From positions 3,210-67,209 of the forward strand of contig CABVBU010000006.1 of assembly GCA_902496665.1 (NCBI GenBank): 64,000 nt of DNA, read 5' to 3'. Below the pieces are notes generated by a model. It was not told the origin of the DNA and did no database searches. It saw nothing but the letters and a program-made list of their open reading frames with translations. Shown here piece by piece: positions 39,102-48,681 of this stretch. Each line of letters starts with the position of its first letter. Position 1 is the first letter of the stretch. The translations under genes were made by a program, and so were the position numbers. This DNA comes from an uncultured Clostridium sp. GTDB lineage: Bacteria; Bacillota; Clostridia; Lachnospirales; Lachnospiraceae.

Positions 39102-39722
39102 ATGAAAAAGAAATTTATGACTCTCGCGCTTACCGCAGCAATGGCTGCTTCTATGGGAATGACCGCTTTCGCAGGACAGTGGGTACAGAACACCACAGGC
39201 TGGTGGTGGCAGGAAGATAACGGCTCCTACCCGGTGTCCCAGTGGAAATGGCTTGATGGAAATAAAGACGGCATCTATGAGTGCTACGCATTCGACGCAA
39301 ACGGATATATGTACTCTGACACAACAACTCCGGACGGCTACACCGTAAACAAAGACGGCGCATGGACGATTGGAAACTCCGTACAGTTAAAGTTCCAGAA
39401 AGATATGCAGAACGAGACAGCTGCAGACGATAATTCCACATCCAACAGCAGCGATTCTTCCGATAAGACCGTTTATACGAACGAGGACATGGTCGGAACC
39501 TTCAAGATCAATGATGAGGACCGTGAAGACTACTATGAGCTCATGCAGGGCGCCGGAGATTCCATAGCGGCAATCTACTATGATACCGATGGAGAAAGTC
39601 ATGTATACAGCTTCGCAAAAGTGAGCGATACAAAATACCGCGACTCCTCCCGCAGCCGTAACATGACCATCGTGGACTACGATACGATTATTGTCAACGA
39701 CAGAACATACATCAGAGAATAA
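39102..39722 (+). CDS. Secreted protein with N-terminal cell-wall-binding repeats and an unknown C-terminal domain
   Basis: Signal peptide, then a repeat region GQWVQNTTGWWWQEDNGSYPV..WKWLDGNKDGIYECYAFDANGYM. Confidence 0.75.
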   Translation: MKKKFMTLALTAAMAASMGMTAFAGQWVQNTTGWWWQEDNGSYPVSQWKWLDGNKDGIYECYAFDANGYMYSDTTTPDGYTVNKDGAWTIGNSVQLKFQKDMQNETAADDNSTSNSSDSSDKTVYTNEDMVGTFKINDEDREDYYELMQGAGDSIAAIYYDTDGESHVYSFAKVSDTKYRDSSRSRNMTIVDYDTIIVNDRTYIRE

Positions 39723-39794
39723 TTTCAGATACAGCTATACCTTCATAGCAGGAAACAATTCCTGTAAAAGATAAAATCTCATAATCTACCCCAT

Positions 39795-39829
39795 GCACCC
39801 GGTTCAAATGAGCCGGGTGCGCTTTTTTC
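39795..39829 (+). terminator. Intrinsic terminator
   Basis: GCACCCGG pairs with CCGGGTGC, followed by GCTTTTTT. Confidence 0.8.
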
Positions 39830-39834
39830 TCAAC

Positions 39835-39876
39835 AAAAAAGCGCATCGACAGAAATTTTCTATCTGTCGATACGCT
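39835..39876 (-). terminator. Intrinsic terminator after prfB
   Basis: On the minus strand, AGCGTATCGACAGA pairs with TCTGTCGATGCGCT, followed by TTTTTT. Confidence 0.7.
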
Positions 39877-39921
39877 TTCTTTATAACAACAGTTCCGCCC
39901 AACGGGCATCCCTGTCCTCTC

Positions 39922-41061
39922 TTATTCTACATCCTGTCCGCCCTTCACCTGCGGCCGTCCGAGGCTTTCCCATTTTAAGAAGGCGCTGATGAATCCGTCG
40001 AGTCCGCCGTCAAGCACAGCGTTCACGTTTCCGCTCTCGAAGCCAGTGCGGTGGTCTTTTACCATCGTGTACGGCTGAAGCACGTAGGAGCGGATCTGGC
40101 TGCCCCATCCGATATCCTTCACATCACCGCGGATATCGGAGAGCTTCTCAGCGTTTGCCTGCTGCTTTAACATATACAGCTTTGCCTTTAACATCTGCAT
40201 CGCCTTATCCTTGTTCTGGAACTGGGAACGCTCATTCTGGCACTGTACAACAACGCCAGTCGGGATATGGGTGATACGGACCGCGGAGGATGTCTTGTTG
40301 ATATGCTGTCCACCGGCACCGCTGGAGCGGTAGGTATCGATCCTCAGATCATCCGGGTTGATCTCGATATCAAGGTCTTCCTCGATATCCGGCATTACAT
40401 CGCAGGATACGAAGGATGTCTGTCTCTTTCCGTTTGCGTTGAACGGGGAAATTCTTACAAGGCGGTGTACGCCTCTCTCGGACTTTAAGTAGCCGAAAGC
40501 ATTCTCTCCGTTGATCTGGATCGTAACGGACTTGATTCCGGCTTCCTCGCCGTCTAAGAAGTCGAGCACCTCCACCTGGTATCCTTTTCTCTCTGCCCAA
40601 CGGCAGTACATACGGTATAGCATGCTGCACCAGTCACAGGACTCTGTTCCGCCCGCTCCGGCGTTCAGCCTTAAGATCGCGTTGTTGTTATCGTACTCCC
40701 CTGTGAGAAGTGTGCGGAGACGGAGTGCGTCGAGCTCAGATGTAAACTCGTCGAGCATCTCCTGGATCTCCGGAACGATCTCCGGATCATTTTCCTCGTA
40801 CCCCATCTCGATCATCAGACCGATCTCCTCGTACTGATTCTGGAGCTTGTTGTACTCTGCGACCGTATCTTTCAGGTTTTTCGCTTCCTTCACGAGTCTC
40901 GTAGATTTCTCCGCATCCTCCCAGAAGCTCGGCTCCTCCATGGTCTTGTCCAACTCGTCGATCCTTCTGATCTTCGCTTCCAGATTCAGGGAGTCCCTGA
41001 CCTCCTTCAGTGGAGTTTCATATGTGGATAATGTATATTTAAACTGGTCTAACTCAACCAT
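39922..41061 (-). CDS. prfB: Peptide chain release factor 2, encoded in a single frame with no programmed frameshift
   Basis: SPF tripeptide context (RISPFNANG) and GGQ motif (SSGAGGQHINK). Start set at MVELDQFKY. The region homologous to the E. coli shift site reads through in frame (..GAC TCC CTG AAT CTG GAA..). Confidence 0.93.
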   Translation of the reverse strand: MVELDQFKYTLSTYETPLKEVRDSLNLEAKIRRIDELDKTMEEPSFWEDAEKSTRLVKEAKNLKDTVAEYNKLQNQYEEIGLMIEMGYEENDPEIVPEIQEMLDEFTSELDALRLRTLLTGEYDNNNAILRLNAGAGGTESCDWCSMLYRMYCRWAERKGYQVEVLDFLDGEEAGIKSVTIQINGENAFGYLKSERGVHRLVRISPFNANGKRQTSFVSCDVMPDIEEDLDIEINPDDLRIDTYRSSGAGGQHINKTSSAVRITHIPTGVVVQCQNERSQFQNKDKAMQMLKAKLYMLKQQANAEKLSDIRGDVKDIGWGSQIRSYVLQPYTMVKDHRTGFESGNVNAVLDGGLDGFISAFLKWESLGRPQVKGGQDVE

Positions 41062-41143
41062 AGAATCTGTCCTTTCCAGTAACTGTCCAACAGGTCTGTG
41101 CTGACCATACAGGAATGTCACTTTTCTTATAAATATTCAACAA

Positions 41144-41169
41144 GGTCAGCGCAGGGTTCCGCGCTGACC
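41144..41169 (-). terminator. Hairpin between secA and prfB (attenuator or partial terminator)
   Basis: GGTCAGCGC pairs with GCGCTGACC. The downstream tract on the minus strand is only T-rich. Confidence 0.45.
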
Positions 41170-41199
41170 ATAATATCATGAATCAATTAGCAGTTGATC

Positions 41200-43776
41200 C
41201 TATGCTAACGGCTTTCTTCCGCAGCACTGTTTGTACTTCTTGCCGGATCCGCACGGACACGGATCGTTCGGGTAGATCTTCTGGGTCTGACGTCTCTGCG
41301 GAGCTCTTGCCGCGGAATCGTCACGGTTTGTACCTGTAACCTTGGCAGCCGGCTCTCTCTCGACCTTCTCCTCTACACGGATATGGCAGAGGATACGGAT
41401 CGTATCTTCACGGATCGCCGCTGTCATGTCGTCGAACATCTCATAAGCGTTCATCTTGTACTCAACCAGCGGATCACGGTTGCCGTATGCCTGTAAACCG
41501 ATACCTTCGCGGAGCTGATCCATATCGTCGATATGGGACATCCACTTATTGTCGATCACCTTTAAGAGTACGACACGCTCGATCTCACGAACCTGCTCTG
41601 CATCCGGGAATTCTGCTTCCTTGGACTCGTAGAACTTCGTCGCCATTTCTTTTAACATGTGCTTAAACTCTTCTTTGTTCATCTTGCTGATCTCGTCTGT
41701 CAGCTCGATCGGCTTTAACGGGATGATCGGAAGGAGAAGATCGTTTAATTCCTTGAATCCCCAGTTCTCCGGAGTCTGCTCGTCGCTGACGGACATATCC
41801 ACAGCGCCCTCAACGATATCGTTGAGCATCTTCATGATCAGCTCACGCATGTTCTCACCGTCAAGTACCTGGCGGCGCTCAGCGTATACGACCTCACGCT
41901 GCTCGTTGTTGACCTCGTCGTACTTTAAGAGATTCTCGCGGATGCCGTAGTTGTTTGTCTCAATCTTCTGCTGTGCTTTCTCGATCGCGGAAGATAACAT
42001 CTTGTGTTCGATCTGCTCGTTCTCCGGAACACCGAGGGCATTGAACATGCTCATTAACTTGTCGGAACCGAAGAGGCGCATCAGGTCATCCTCGAGGGAA
42101 ATATAGAAGCGGGACTCACCCGGGTCTCCCTGACGTCCTGCACGTCCGCGGAGCTGGTTATCGATACGTCTGGATTCATGGCGCTCTGTACCGATGATCT
42201 TTAAGCCGCCAAGAGCCTTTGACTCGTCGTCAAGCTTGATATCGGTACCACGGCCTGCCATGTTCGTCGCGATGGTTACCGCGCCGTGAACACCTGCGTC
42301 CGCTACGATCTCGGCCTCCAGCTCATGGTACTTCGCGTTTAATACTTTATGCGGAACTCCGCGCTTCTTAAGCATCTGGCTCAACATCTCAGATGTCTCG
42401 ATGGTGATCGTGCCGACGAGGACCGGCTGACCTTTCTCGTGTGCCTTTACGATCTCCTCAACAACTGCGTGGAATTTCTCTTTCTTTGTCTTGTATACAG
42501 CGTCATTTAAGTCTTTACGGATAACCGGACGGTTTGTCGGGATCACGATAACGTCCATGCCATAGATATTGCGGAACTCTTTCTCCTCAGTCTGGGCTGT
42601 ACCGGTCATGCCGCCTTTTTTCGCATACTTATTAAAGAAGTTCTGGAATGTGATCGTTGCGAGGGTTCTGGACTCTCTCTTAACGTTTACATGCTCCTTC
42701 GCCTCGATGGCCTGATGGAGACCGTCGGAATAACGGCGGCCCGGCATGATACGTCCTGTGAACTCGTCGACGATCAGGACCTCATCATCCTTGACCACAT
42801 AGTCCTTATCGCGGAACATGAGGTTGTGGGCGCGGAGCGCAAGGATAATGTTGTGCTGGATCTCAAGGTTCTCAGCATCGGCGAGGTTGTCGATATGGAA
42901 GAATGCCTCGACCTTCTTAACGCCCTGTTCTGTCAGGTTTACGACCTTCTCTTTCTCATTTACGATAAAATCGCCTGTCTCGGTGATCTCCTCGCCCATG
43001 ATGGCGTTGAGCTTATTGAACTCGCCGGATTCCTCACCGCGGACTAACTGCTTTGCGAGGACATCGCAGACCTCATAGAGCTTTGTGGACTTTCCGCTCT
43101 GTCCGGAAATGATAAGCGGGGTTCTCGCCTCATCGATCAATACGGAGTCGACCTCATCGATGATGCAATAGTCAAGATCACGGAGTACCATCTGCTCTTT
43201 GTAGATCGCCATATTGTCACGAAGGTAATCGAAACCGAGCTCGTTGTTTGTCACGTAAGTAATGTCGCACTGGTAAGCGGCTTTTCTCTCCTCGGAGGTC
43301 ATGGAGTTTAATACTACGCCGACCTTTAAGCCGAGGAACTCATGAACCTGTCCCATCCACTCAGCATCACGTTTTGCCAGGTAGTCGTTGACAGTTACGA
43401 TCTGAACACCTTTTCCAGCCAGGGCATTTAAGTATGCCGGACAGGTAGAAACAAGAGTTTTACCTTCACCTGTCTTCATCTCAGCGATACGTCCCTGGTG
43501 AAGGACGATACCACCGATGAGCTGTACCGGGTAGTGCTCCATCTTCAAAACTCTCTTGGCCGCCTCTCTGACGGTTGCGAATGCCTCCGGCAGAATATCG
43601 TCCAGGGTCTCCCCCTGCGCGAGGCGCTCTTTGAATTTTCTTGTCTGATCTTTTAATTCTTCATCAGACATCGCCTGCATGGTCGGGCGCAGCTTTTCGA
43701 TCTTGTCGACGATCGGGTAGATATACTTTAATTCCCGGTCACTGTGCGTACCAAATACTTTTTCAACAAAATTCAT
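41200..43776 (-). CDS. secA: Preprotein translocase ATPase SecA
   Basis: 858 aa from MNFVEKVFG (AGGAG RBS). Walker A (MKTGEGKT), a DEAD-like motor, and a C-terminal zinc motif [14 protein letters not shown]. Confidence 0.97.
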   Translation of the reverse strand: MNFVEKVFGTHSDRELKYIYPIVDKIEKLRPTMQAMSDEELKDQTRKFKERLAQGETLDDILPEAFATVREAAKRVLKMEHYPVQLIGGIVLHQGRIAEMKTGEGKTLVSTCPAYLNALAGKGVQIVTVNDYLAKRDAEWMGQVHEFLGLKVGVVLNSMTSEERKAAYQCDITYVTNNELGFDYLRDNMAIYKEQMVLRDLDYCIIDEVDSVLIDEARTPLIISGQSGKSTKLYEVCDVLAKQLVRGEESGEFNKLNAIMGEEITETGDFIVNEKEKVVNLTEQGVKKVEAFFHIDNLADAENLEIQHNIILALRAHNLMFRDKDYVVKDDEVLIVDEFTGRIMPGRRYSDGLHQAIEAKEHVNVKRESRTLATITFQNFFNKYAKKGGMTGTAQTEEKEFRNIYGMDVIVIPTNRPVIRKDLNDAVYKTKKEKFHAVVEEIVKAHEKGQPVLVGTITIETSEMLSQMLKKRGVPHKVLNAKYHELEAEIVADAGVHGAVTIATNMAGRGTDIKLDDESKALGGLKIIGTERHESRRIDNQLRGRAGRQGDPGESRFYISLEDDLMRLFGSDKLMSMFNALGVPENEQIEHKMLSSAIEKAQQKIETNNYGIRENLLKYDEVNNEQREVVYAERRQVLDGENMRELIMKMLNDIVEGAVDMSVSDEQTPENWGFKELNDLLLPIIPLKPIELTDEISKMNKEEFKHMLKEMATKFYESKEAEFPDAEQVREIERVVLLKVIDNKWMSHIDDMDQLREGIGLQAYGNRDPLVEYKMNAYEMFDDMTAAIREDTIRILCHIRVEEKVEREPAAKVTGTNRDDSAARAPQRRQTQKIYPNDPCPCGSGKKYKQCCGRKPLA

Positions 43777-43846
43777 TCTGTTTGTTCTCCTACATAAATA
43801 AATATACACATGCAGCTGTTGTCCCTATTGCGCCCGGCACCTGAAG

Positions 43847-44419
43847 TTATCCACGGATGCGCGGTGCGGCAAACACCGGAGTCTGCTCTTTATCCACAGG
43901 ATACCGGGCTTGTCTCCTATTTAGACTGCTGCATACAAGTTTCTATTTTTAATCATTTTTGATCTCCGATGTTCCGTCTGGCGGATATTTCTGCATAACC
44001 GCATACGTCTGCATCGTACAATCCTTAATATTTTAACACCTTCCGGGGTTTTATTCAATGACTTCCTGTAATTTTAACATTTCGTACATAAATCCTTGCG
44101 GGAATCGTCGTCTGACCATTGATTCTGCTGTTTTGTCTGCAGCTTTTTTCTCTAAATTTTTCGACAATTCCATTTCTTTCTTCTTCGACGCGTTCCCTCA
44201 TCACTCTCTCTGCCTCTCCACTGTCCCCGCCTATTTCCCACTCTTCCTGTCGCTTTTTCCCTTTAAATGTACAACTTGCACAAACCATACATTCGATTTA
44301 ACAGTTATCCACTTTATCCACATTAATCCACCAAAACTATGTGGAAAGTTGTCCACCTCGAAAAATGCCGATTTCACGCCATTTCGCAGTTATACACCAA
44401 GTTATCCACATTATCCACA
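43847..44419. promoter_or_regulatory. DnaA-box cluster: 4 perfect, 2 at 8/9 and at least 4 at 7/9 matches to TTATCCACA
   Basis: Perfect boxes at 43890-43898, 44314-44322, 44402-44410 and 44411-44419. 8/9 boxes at 43847-43855 and 44305-44313. 7/9 boxes at 44324-44332, 44340-44348 (minus strand), 44349-44357 and 44390-44398. Confidence 0.75.
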
Positions 44420-44526
44420 AGTTTTTTCCTCCCCATCGGTGGATTTTACGGTTCCTTAATATTTGTTTTATTTTTGTGAACATCTTATAAAATTTACATT
44501 TCCGACAACTTTTTTGCCTGATCCCA

Positions 44527-44554
44527 TTGACAAACCGGGAAGGCTTCATATAGT
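44527..44554 (+). promoter_or_regulatory. Sigma-A type promoter of hpf
   Basis: TTGACA (44527-44532), a 16-nt spacer, then TATAGT (44549-44554). This implies a leader of about 120 nt. Confidence 0.5.
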
Positions 44555-44675
44555 TTTTGAGCTTTTATACACCTTTTTTTACCTTTTTAAATTTTCTCAT
44601 TTTTCATGTATTTTGGTTGTCTTTTACAGAATTTTGTGTTATACTTAAGTCATCCCAAACAAAGGAGTTGATTTT

Positions 44676-45203
44676 ATGCGTTACACGATCAGCGGAAAAA
44701 ATATCAACATTACACCAGGCTTAAAAGATGCCGTGGAAAGTAAATTAGGAAAACTGGAGCGCTATTTTTCTCCTGATACTGAAGTACAGGTAACATTGAG
44801 CGTAGAGAAAGGACGACAGAAAATAGAGGTTACAATTCCTGTTAAAGGCAGCATTATCCGAGCTGAGCAGGATTCCAACGATATGTATGTATCTGTTGAT
44901 CTCGTTGAAGAAATTATCGAGCGTCAGATCAAGAAATATAAGACAAAGATCGTTGACAAAAAACAGAACGCCTTAGCATTTAACGAAGCCTTCCTTCAGG
45001 AAGAATCCGAGCCGGAAGAGACCGTTAATATCGTAAAGACAAAACGTTTCGCAATGAAACCGATGGATGCCGAGGAGGCCTGCGTACAGATGGAACTCTT
45101 AGGACACAACTTCTTTATGTTCCTCAACGCTGATACAAACGAAGTCAATGTCGTTTATAAGAGAAAAGGAAACTCTTACGGACTCATTGAGCCGGAGTTC
45201 TAA
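44676..45203 (+). CDS. hpf: Ribosome hibernation promoting factor (long HPF)
   Basis: 175-aa ORF with an MRYTISGKNINITPGLKDAVESKLGKLERYF N-terminal domain and a C-terminal dimerisation domain. Confidence 0.93.
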   Translation: MRYTISGKNINITPGLKDAVESKLGKLERYFSPDTEVQVTLSVEKGRQKIEVTIPVKGSIIRAEQDSNDMYVSVDLVEEIIERQIKKYKTKIVDKKQNALAFNEAFLQEESEPEETVNIVKTKRFAMKPMDAEEACVQMELLGHNFFMFLNADTNEVNVVYKRKGNSYGLIEPEF

Positions 45204-45292
45204 AGAATTCTGAAACTTAATAAGAATGAATAGCCGGGCGGCAGCGCTGATGTGGGAAACCGCACAGCGACTGAAATGCCGGCAGCAGAAAT

Positions 45293-45334
45293 ACAGGCGG
45301 TACTTGATTTTAGATTAAGTACCGCCTGTTTATT
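45293..45334. terminator. Terminator hairpin between the convergent hpf and sdaAA
   Basis: ACAGGCGGTACTT pairs with AAGTACCGCCTGT, followed by TTATT. Confidence 0.7.
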
Positions 45335-45375
45335 ATGTTTAGATGCCCTTTATCGGTTATCAACTATTCTTTTCT

Positions 45376-46260
45376 TCATTTTTGGGTCTGCTTCGCACAT
45401 GCCGCGCAAGCCTCACATGCGCTCTTTGCGACCGCCATACCGCCCATGGAAGTCTCCCTGAGTTCTGACGGAATCGACCGCCCCACCGCGTACATGACAC
45501 CGATGGTCTCGTCGATCGGGGTGATACTCTTGATTCCCGCCATAGAAAGTTCCGCGGAGATCAGGGCATTTGACGCCCCCATGGCATTCCGGTTCTGACA
45601 TGGATTTTCCACAAGTCCTCCGATGGGATCACAAACAAGTCCCAGAATATTCACGATCGCGAAGGATGCCGCGTCGAGACACTGTGCCGGTGTTCCGCCG
45701 AAAAGCTCCACAGCCGCTGACGCTGCCATGGCACTGGCCGCTCCCACCTCCGCCTGACATCCACCCTCTGCTCCGGCTGTCGTGGCGTTTCTCGTAATGA
45801 GGTATCCCACTGCCGCCGCGTTAAATAACGCCTGGCAGATCTCCTCATCCGTAAATCCGTAGTTTTCCTGCAGGGAACAGCAGACTCCCGGAATTACACC
45901 AGAAGAACCAGCCGTCGGTGCCGCAACGATAAGTCCCATGGACGCGTTGACCTCAAGAACGCCCACCGCATAGGCGATCGCCTTTGAAACCACATCCCCG
46001 CAGAGATTCTTCTTATTTTCCCTCAGCGTGTGGAGCTTTCTGCTCTCCCCGCCGATCATGCCGCCCATGCTGACGATATTTTCTTTTAACGGCTTCTTCG
46101 CCGACGCCTGCATGATGGACCAGGCTTTCTTCATCTTCGCTTTTGTCTTCTCCGGATCCTGCTCCAGAAACGTGGTTTCCCGCCCGAACATAGCCTCGGA
46201 GATCTTTTTATTTTCCTTTTCGCAGTACTCTAAAAGCTCTGCACCATTCGTAAAATTCAT
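45376..46260 (-). CDS. sdaAA: L-serine dehydratase, iron-sulfur-dependent, alpha subunit
   Basis: 294-aa ORF, SdaAA-like (GLIVAAPTAGSSGV; GGCQAEVG). Confidence 0.93.
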   Translation of the reverse strand: MNFTNGAELLEYCEKENKKISEAMFGRETTFLEQDPEKTKAKMKKAWSIMQASAKKPLKENIVSMGGMIGGESRKLHTLRENKKNLCGDVVSKAIAYAVGVLEVNASMGLIVAAPTAGSSGVIPGVCCSLQENYGFTDEEICQALFNAAAVGYLITRNATTAGAEGGCQAEVGAASAMAASAAVELFGGTPAQCLDAASFAIVNILGLVCDPIGGLVENPCQNRNAMGASNALISAELSMAGIKSITPIDETIGVMYAVGRSIPSELRETSMGGMAVAKSACEACAACAKQTQK

Positions 46261-46274
46261 CGTTTCTCCTCCCC

Positions 46275-46952
46275 TCAGTCCAGATCGATCGCCGGTACCA
46301 GAAGTACATTTTTCACAGCCTCAAAGCCCCGCAGCGCGTTAATCACCTGGCTGGTGACCATGGTATCCACCTCGATGATCGCGTAGGCCATCTTGCCCTT
46401 GCTCTCGCGGTAGAGGCGCAGGGAACCGATATTTAAGTCGTAAGCACTCAAAACAGCTGTCACGAACGCCAGCGTACCCTTTTTGTCGATGTGCTGGACA
46501 ACGATGGTGCTGTAATTTCCGGTAAGGTCAACATCGACGCCGTTTAACCGCGTGATGACTGCATTTCCGCCGCCAATGGACTTTCCGCGCAGGGACATCT
46601 CATTTCCATTTTCGTCCTTTACATAGATGTCCACCGTATTCGGATAGATCTCCTTATCTGTGAAGTTTTCCTCGAAGGTAAAGTCAAGTCCTGCCTCTTT
46701 CGCGTACTCAAAGGAATCGCGGATTCTTTCATCATCCGGGTGATATCCAAGGATTCCGCCGACTAATGCACGGTCTGTTCCGTGTCCATGGTAGGTACGG
46801 GCGAAGGATCCGTAAAGCACAAAGCGCACCGCCGCCGGCTTCTCCACCATTTTTCCGGCAATAAAAGCGATCCTCAGTGCCCCTGCCGTGTGTGAGCTTG
46901 ACGGTCCGATCATGTTCGGTCCCAGAATGTCGAACGTTCCGATCTCATTCAT
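46275..46952 (-). CDS. sdaAB: L-serine dehydratase, iron-sulfur-dependent, beta subunit
   Basis: Start at MNEIGTFDILGPNMIGPSSSHTAG (GAGGAA RBS), with a C-terminal ACT-like domain. Confidence 0.92.
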   Translation of the reverse strand: MNEIGTFDILGPNMIGPSSSHTAGALRIAFIAGKMVEKPAAVRFVLYGSFARTYHGHGTDRALVGGILGYHPDDERIRDSFEYAKEAGLDFTFEENFTDKEIYPNTVDIYVKDENGNEMSLRGKSIGGGNAVITRLNGVDVDLTGNYSTIVVQHIDKKGTLAFVTAVLSAYDLNIGSLRLYRESKGKMAYAIIEVDTMVTSQVINALRGFEAVKNVLLVPAIDLD

Positions 46953-47158
46953 ACGTGTTTCCTCACTTTTACATATTGTATTTTGTTGTTCCGCAGGTCT
47001 GCGCACCTGCCGCGCTGACTATAAAAACATAAGCTGAAAGGCAAAAATTCCTATCTAAAATGAATTTTTACATACAACTTTAAAGGCACTGAGAAGTTAT
47101 ATCTTCTGCCTTCATATTTTGGATTTTACACACTGCACTATTTCTTATTATACACAAT

Positions 47159-47191
47159 AAGGAGCTGTTTTTCCACAGCTCCTTATTTTTT
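47159..47191. terminator. Hairpin with flanking A- and T-runs downstream of the NlpC/P60 gene
   Basis: AAGGAGCTGT pairs with ACAGCTCCTT, followed by ATTTTTT on the plus strand. Confidence 0.55.
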
Positions 47192-47289
47192 CTTTATGAT
47201 CTTTTCTTTTATCTTTTGCCCGGTTATCCTGAAGATCAATGGACATCTGCTGCTGGAACAGATTGCTGCATAATAAATTCCTGCAGCTC

Positions 47290-48612
47290 TTAATCTAAGA
47301 ATGTAACCGCTTTCGCCGGAGTACGGTAGTACGCCGTGGAGATGATAATACCTGTCTTTGATGTGCTGGCGTGGATGATCTTTCCGTCTCCGATGTAGAG
47401 GGCAACGTGGTTGATCGTCTTTCCGCTTGCGTAGAATAACAGATCGCCCGGCTGGATCTGGTCGAGGGAGATTTCCTTGCCGTTTGCCGCCTGGTCTCTT
47501 GAGGTACGTCCGGTCGTCACACCGAAATGCTCAAAGATACGCATCGTAAATCCGGAACAGTCAGCTCCGTTCGTTAAGCTTGTCCCACCGTATACATACG
47601 GATTGCCAAGGAACTGTTTCGCATATGCAACGATCGCGGTGCGGACTGCGGAATTGTAGACTGCGCTTCCCGGACCGTTCTGGGTACTCTGATATGAGCC
47701 GGAGGTTCCTGTGCTGCTACCGGTGGAAGTTCCGCTTCCGCCGGGGCCTGCAGTACTGCCGGTATCCTGATTTCCGGTATTCTGGCTTGTGCCGGTCTGG
47801 ATGCTCTGGCTGCCCTGACTATTCTGTTCTTTCGTCGTTCCGTTATCCGCGTTCGGATTCTGGGCAATCATTCCGATCGTGGAGGACGGGGTGTCCTTAT
47901 TTGCAGACGCAGTCTCCTGTCCTGCTTCTTTCTTTAACGCTTCGACCTTCGCGATAGCGTCCTCCGCCTCTTTCCTGATCCTCGCGTCCTCTTCCGCTTT
48001 CTGGCGCTCTTCCTCGACGCTCACGGCCTGCTTGAACTCCACGCGCTGGGTGACATAATCTTTATGTACATATCCGCTCAGGGATTCATCGACCTGGATC
48101 TCGATAAAGTCTCCCTCTTCCTTCACTTCCAGATACTCGGCATCTTTGGAAAGTGTGGTGAGGATCGCGCTGTCGGTACTCGGCTGCTCACGGAGTCTTA
48201 GGCTGTCGGCGCTTACCGTTACATAAACAGTACCTATGTTCTTTGCAATCTTCTCCGCGTCTGCACCGGTGATGAAATATTCAGATTTTATGTAACCGGT
48301 CACGTTACCGGACTTGATCTGGTACCAGGTTCCACCTTCGCCATCCACCGTAGCTAAGATCGTCGCAGCGCAGTTATTGTAGATCTTGCCGACGATACTG
48401 CTGGAGGTGTTCGCCTCGGAACGGATATTTACATAGTTGCTGACGTGGGAGATTGCCACGTTGTCATAAGCCGACTGTTTATTTCCGACGGTGGTAAGTC
48501 CTGTTCTCTCACTTACCTGCACCGAAAGTGTTTCCGCCGCATAAGCAGCCTGCGGCATCATGAGCGCCACGCTCAGACCGCAGACCGCGATGATTCTTCC
48601 TGCTCTGTTCAT
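47290..48612 (-). CDS. Secreted cell-wall hydrolase: two SH3b domains, a low-complexity linker, and an NlpC/P60 (C40) peptidase domain
   Basis: Signal peptide, SH3-like repeats (VNIRSEANTSS..; LRLREQPSTDS..), and a catalytic Cys context GADCSGF with a His context HVALYIG. Confidence 0.88.
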   Translation of the reverse strand: MNRAGRIIAVCGLSVALMMPQAAYAAETLSVQVSERTGLTTVGNKQSAYDNVAISHVSNYVNIRSEANTSSSIVGKIYNNCAATILATVDGEGGTWYQIKSGNVTGYIKSEYFITGADAEKIAKNIGTVYVTVSADSLRLREQPSTDSAILTTLSKDAEYLEVKEEGDFIEIQVDESLSGYVHKDYVTQRVEFKQAVSVEEERQKAEEDARIRKEAEDAIAKVEALKKEAGQETASANKDTPSSTIGMIAQNPNADNGTTKEQNSQGSQSIQTGTSQNTGNQDTGSTAGPGGSGTSTGSSTGTSGSYQSTQNGPGSAVYNSAVRTAIVAYAKQFLGNPYVYGGTSLTNGADCSGFTMRIFEHFGVTTGRTSRDQAANGKEISLDQIQPGDLLFYASGKTINHVALYIGDGKIIHASTSKTGIIISTAYYRTPAKAVTFLD

Positions 48613-48681
48613 AGATTGTTTTTTCTCCTGTCTATCTGCTGCCGCTGCCGTATCATACGGAATTTTCAGTTCAGAGAATTC

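Noticed and set aside
40990-41061. Expected the programmed +1 frameshift site (CUU UGA C after about 25 codons) that is common in bacterial prfB.
   Set aside because: The minus-strand sequence reads continuously: ATG GTT GAG ... GTC AGG GAC TCC CTG AAT CTG GAA GCG AAG. There is no in-frame UGA and no frame change. This RF2 gene is a non-frameshifted type and is neither a pseudogene nor a recoding site.
44055-44459. ORFs of 77 aa (minus), 133 aa and 60 aa (plus) in the secA/hpf spacer.
   Set aside because: They are translations of the polypyrimidine tract and of the DnaA boxes themselves. They have no SD and low-complexity sequences, so I treat them as non-coding.
43810-44675. Calling the DnaA-box cluster the chromosomal replication origin (oriC).
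   Set aside because: I do not assert this. dnaA and dnaN are not adjacent, I saw no DnaA-trio repeats next to the tandem boxes, and gene-strand bias on the two sides is only weakly asymmetric (about 20 minus to 13 plus on the left, about 9 to 9 on the right). I kept it as an open alternative in the finding.
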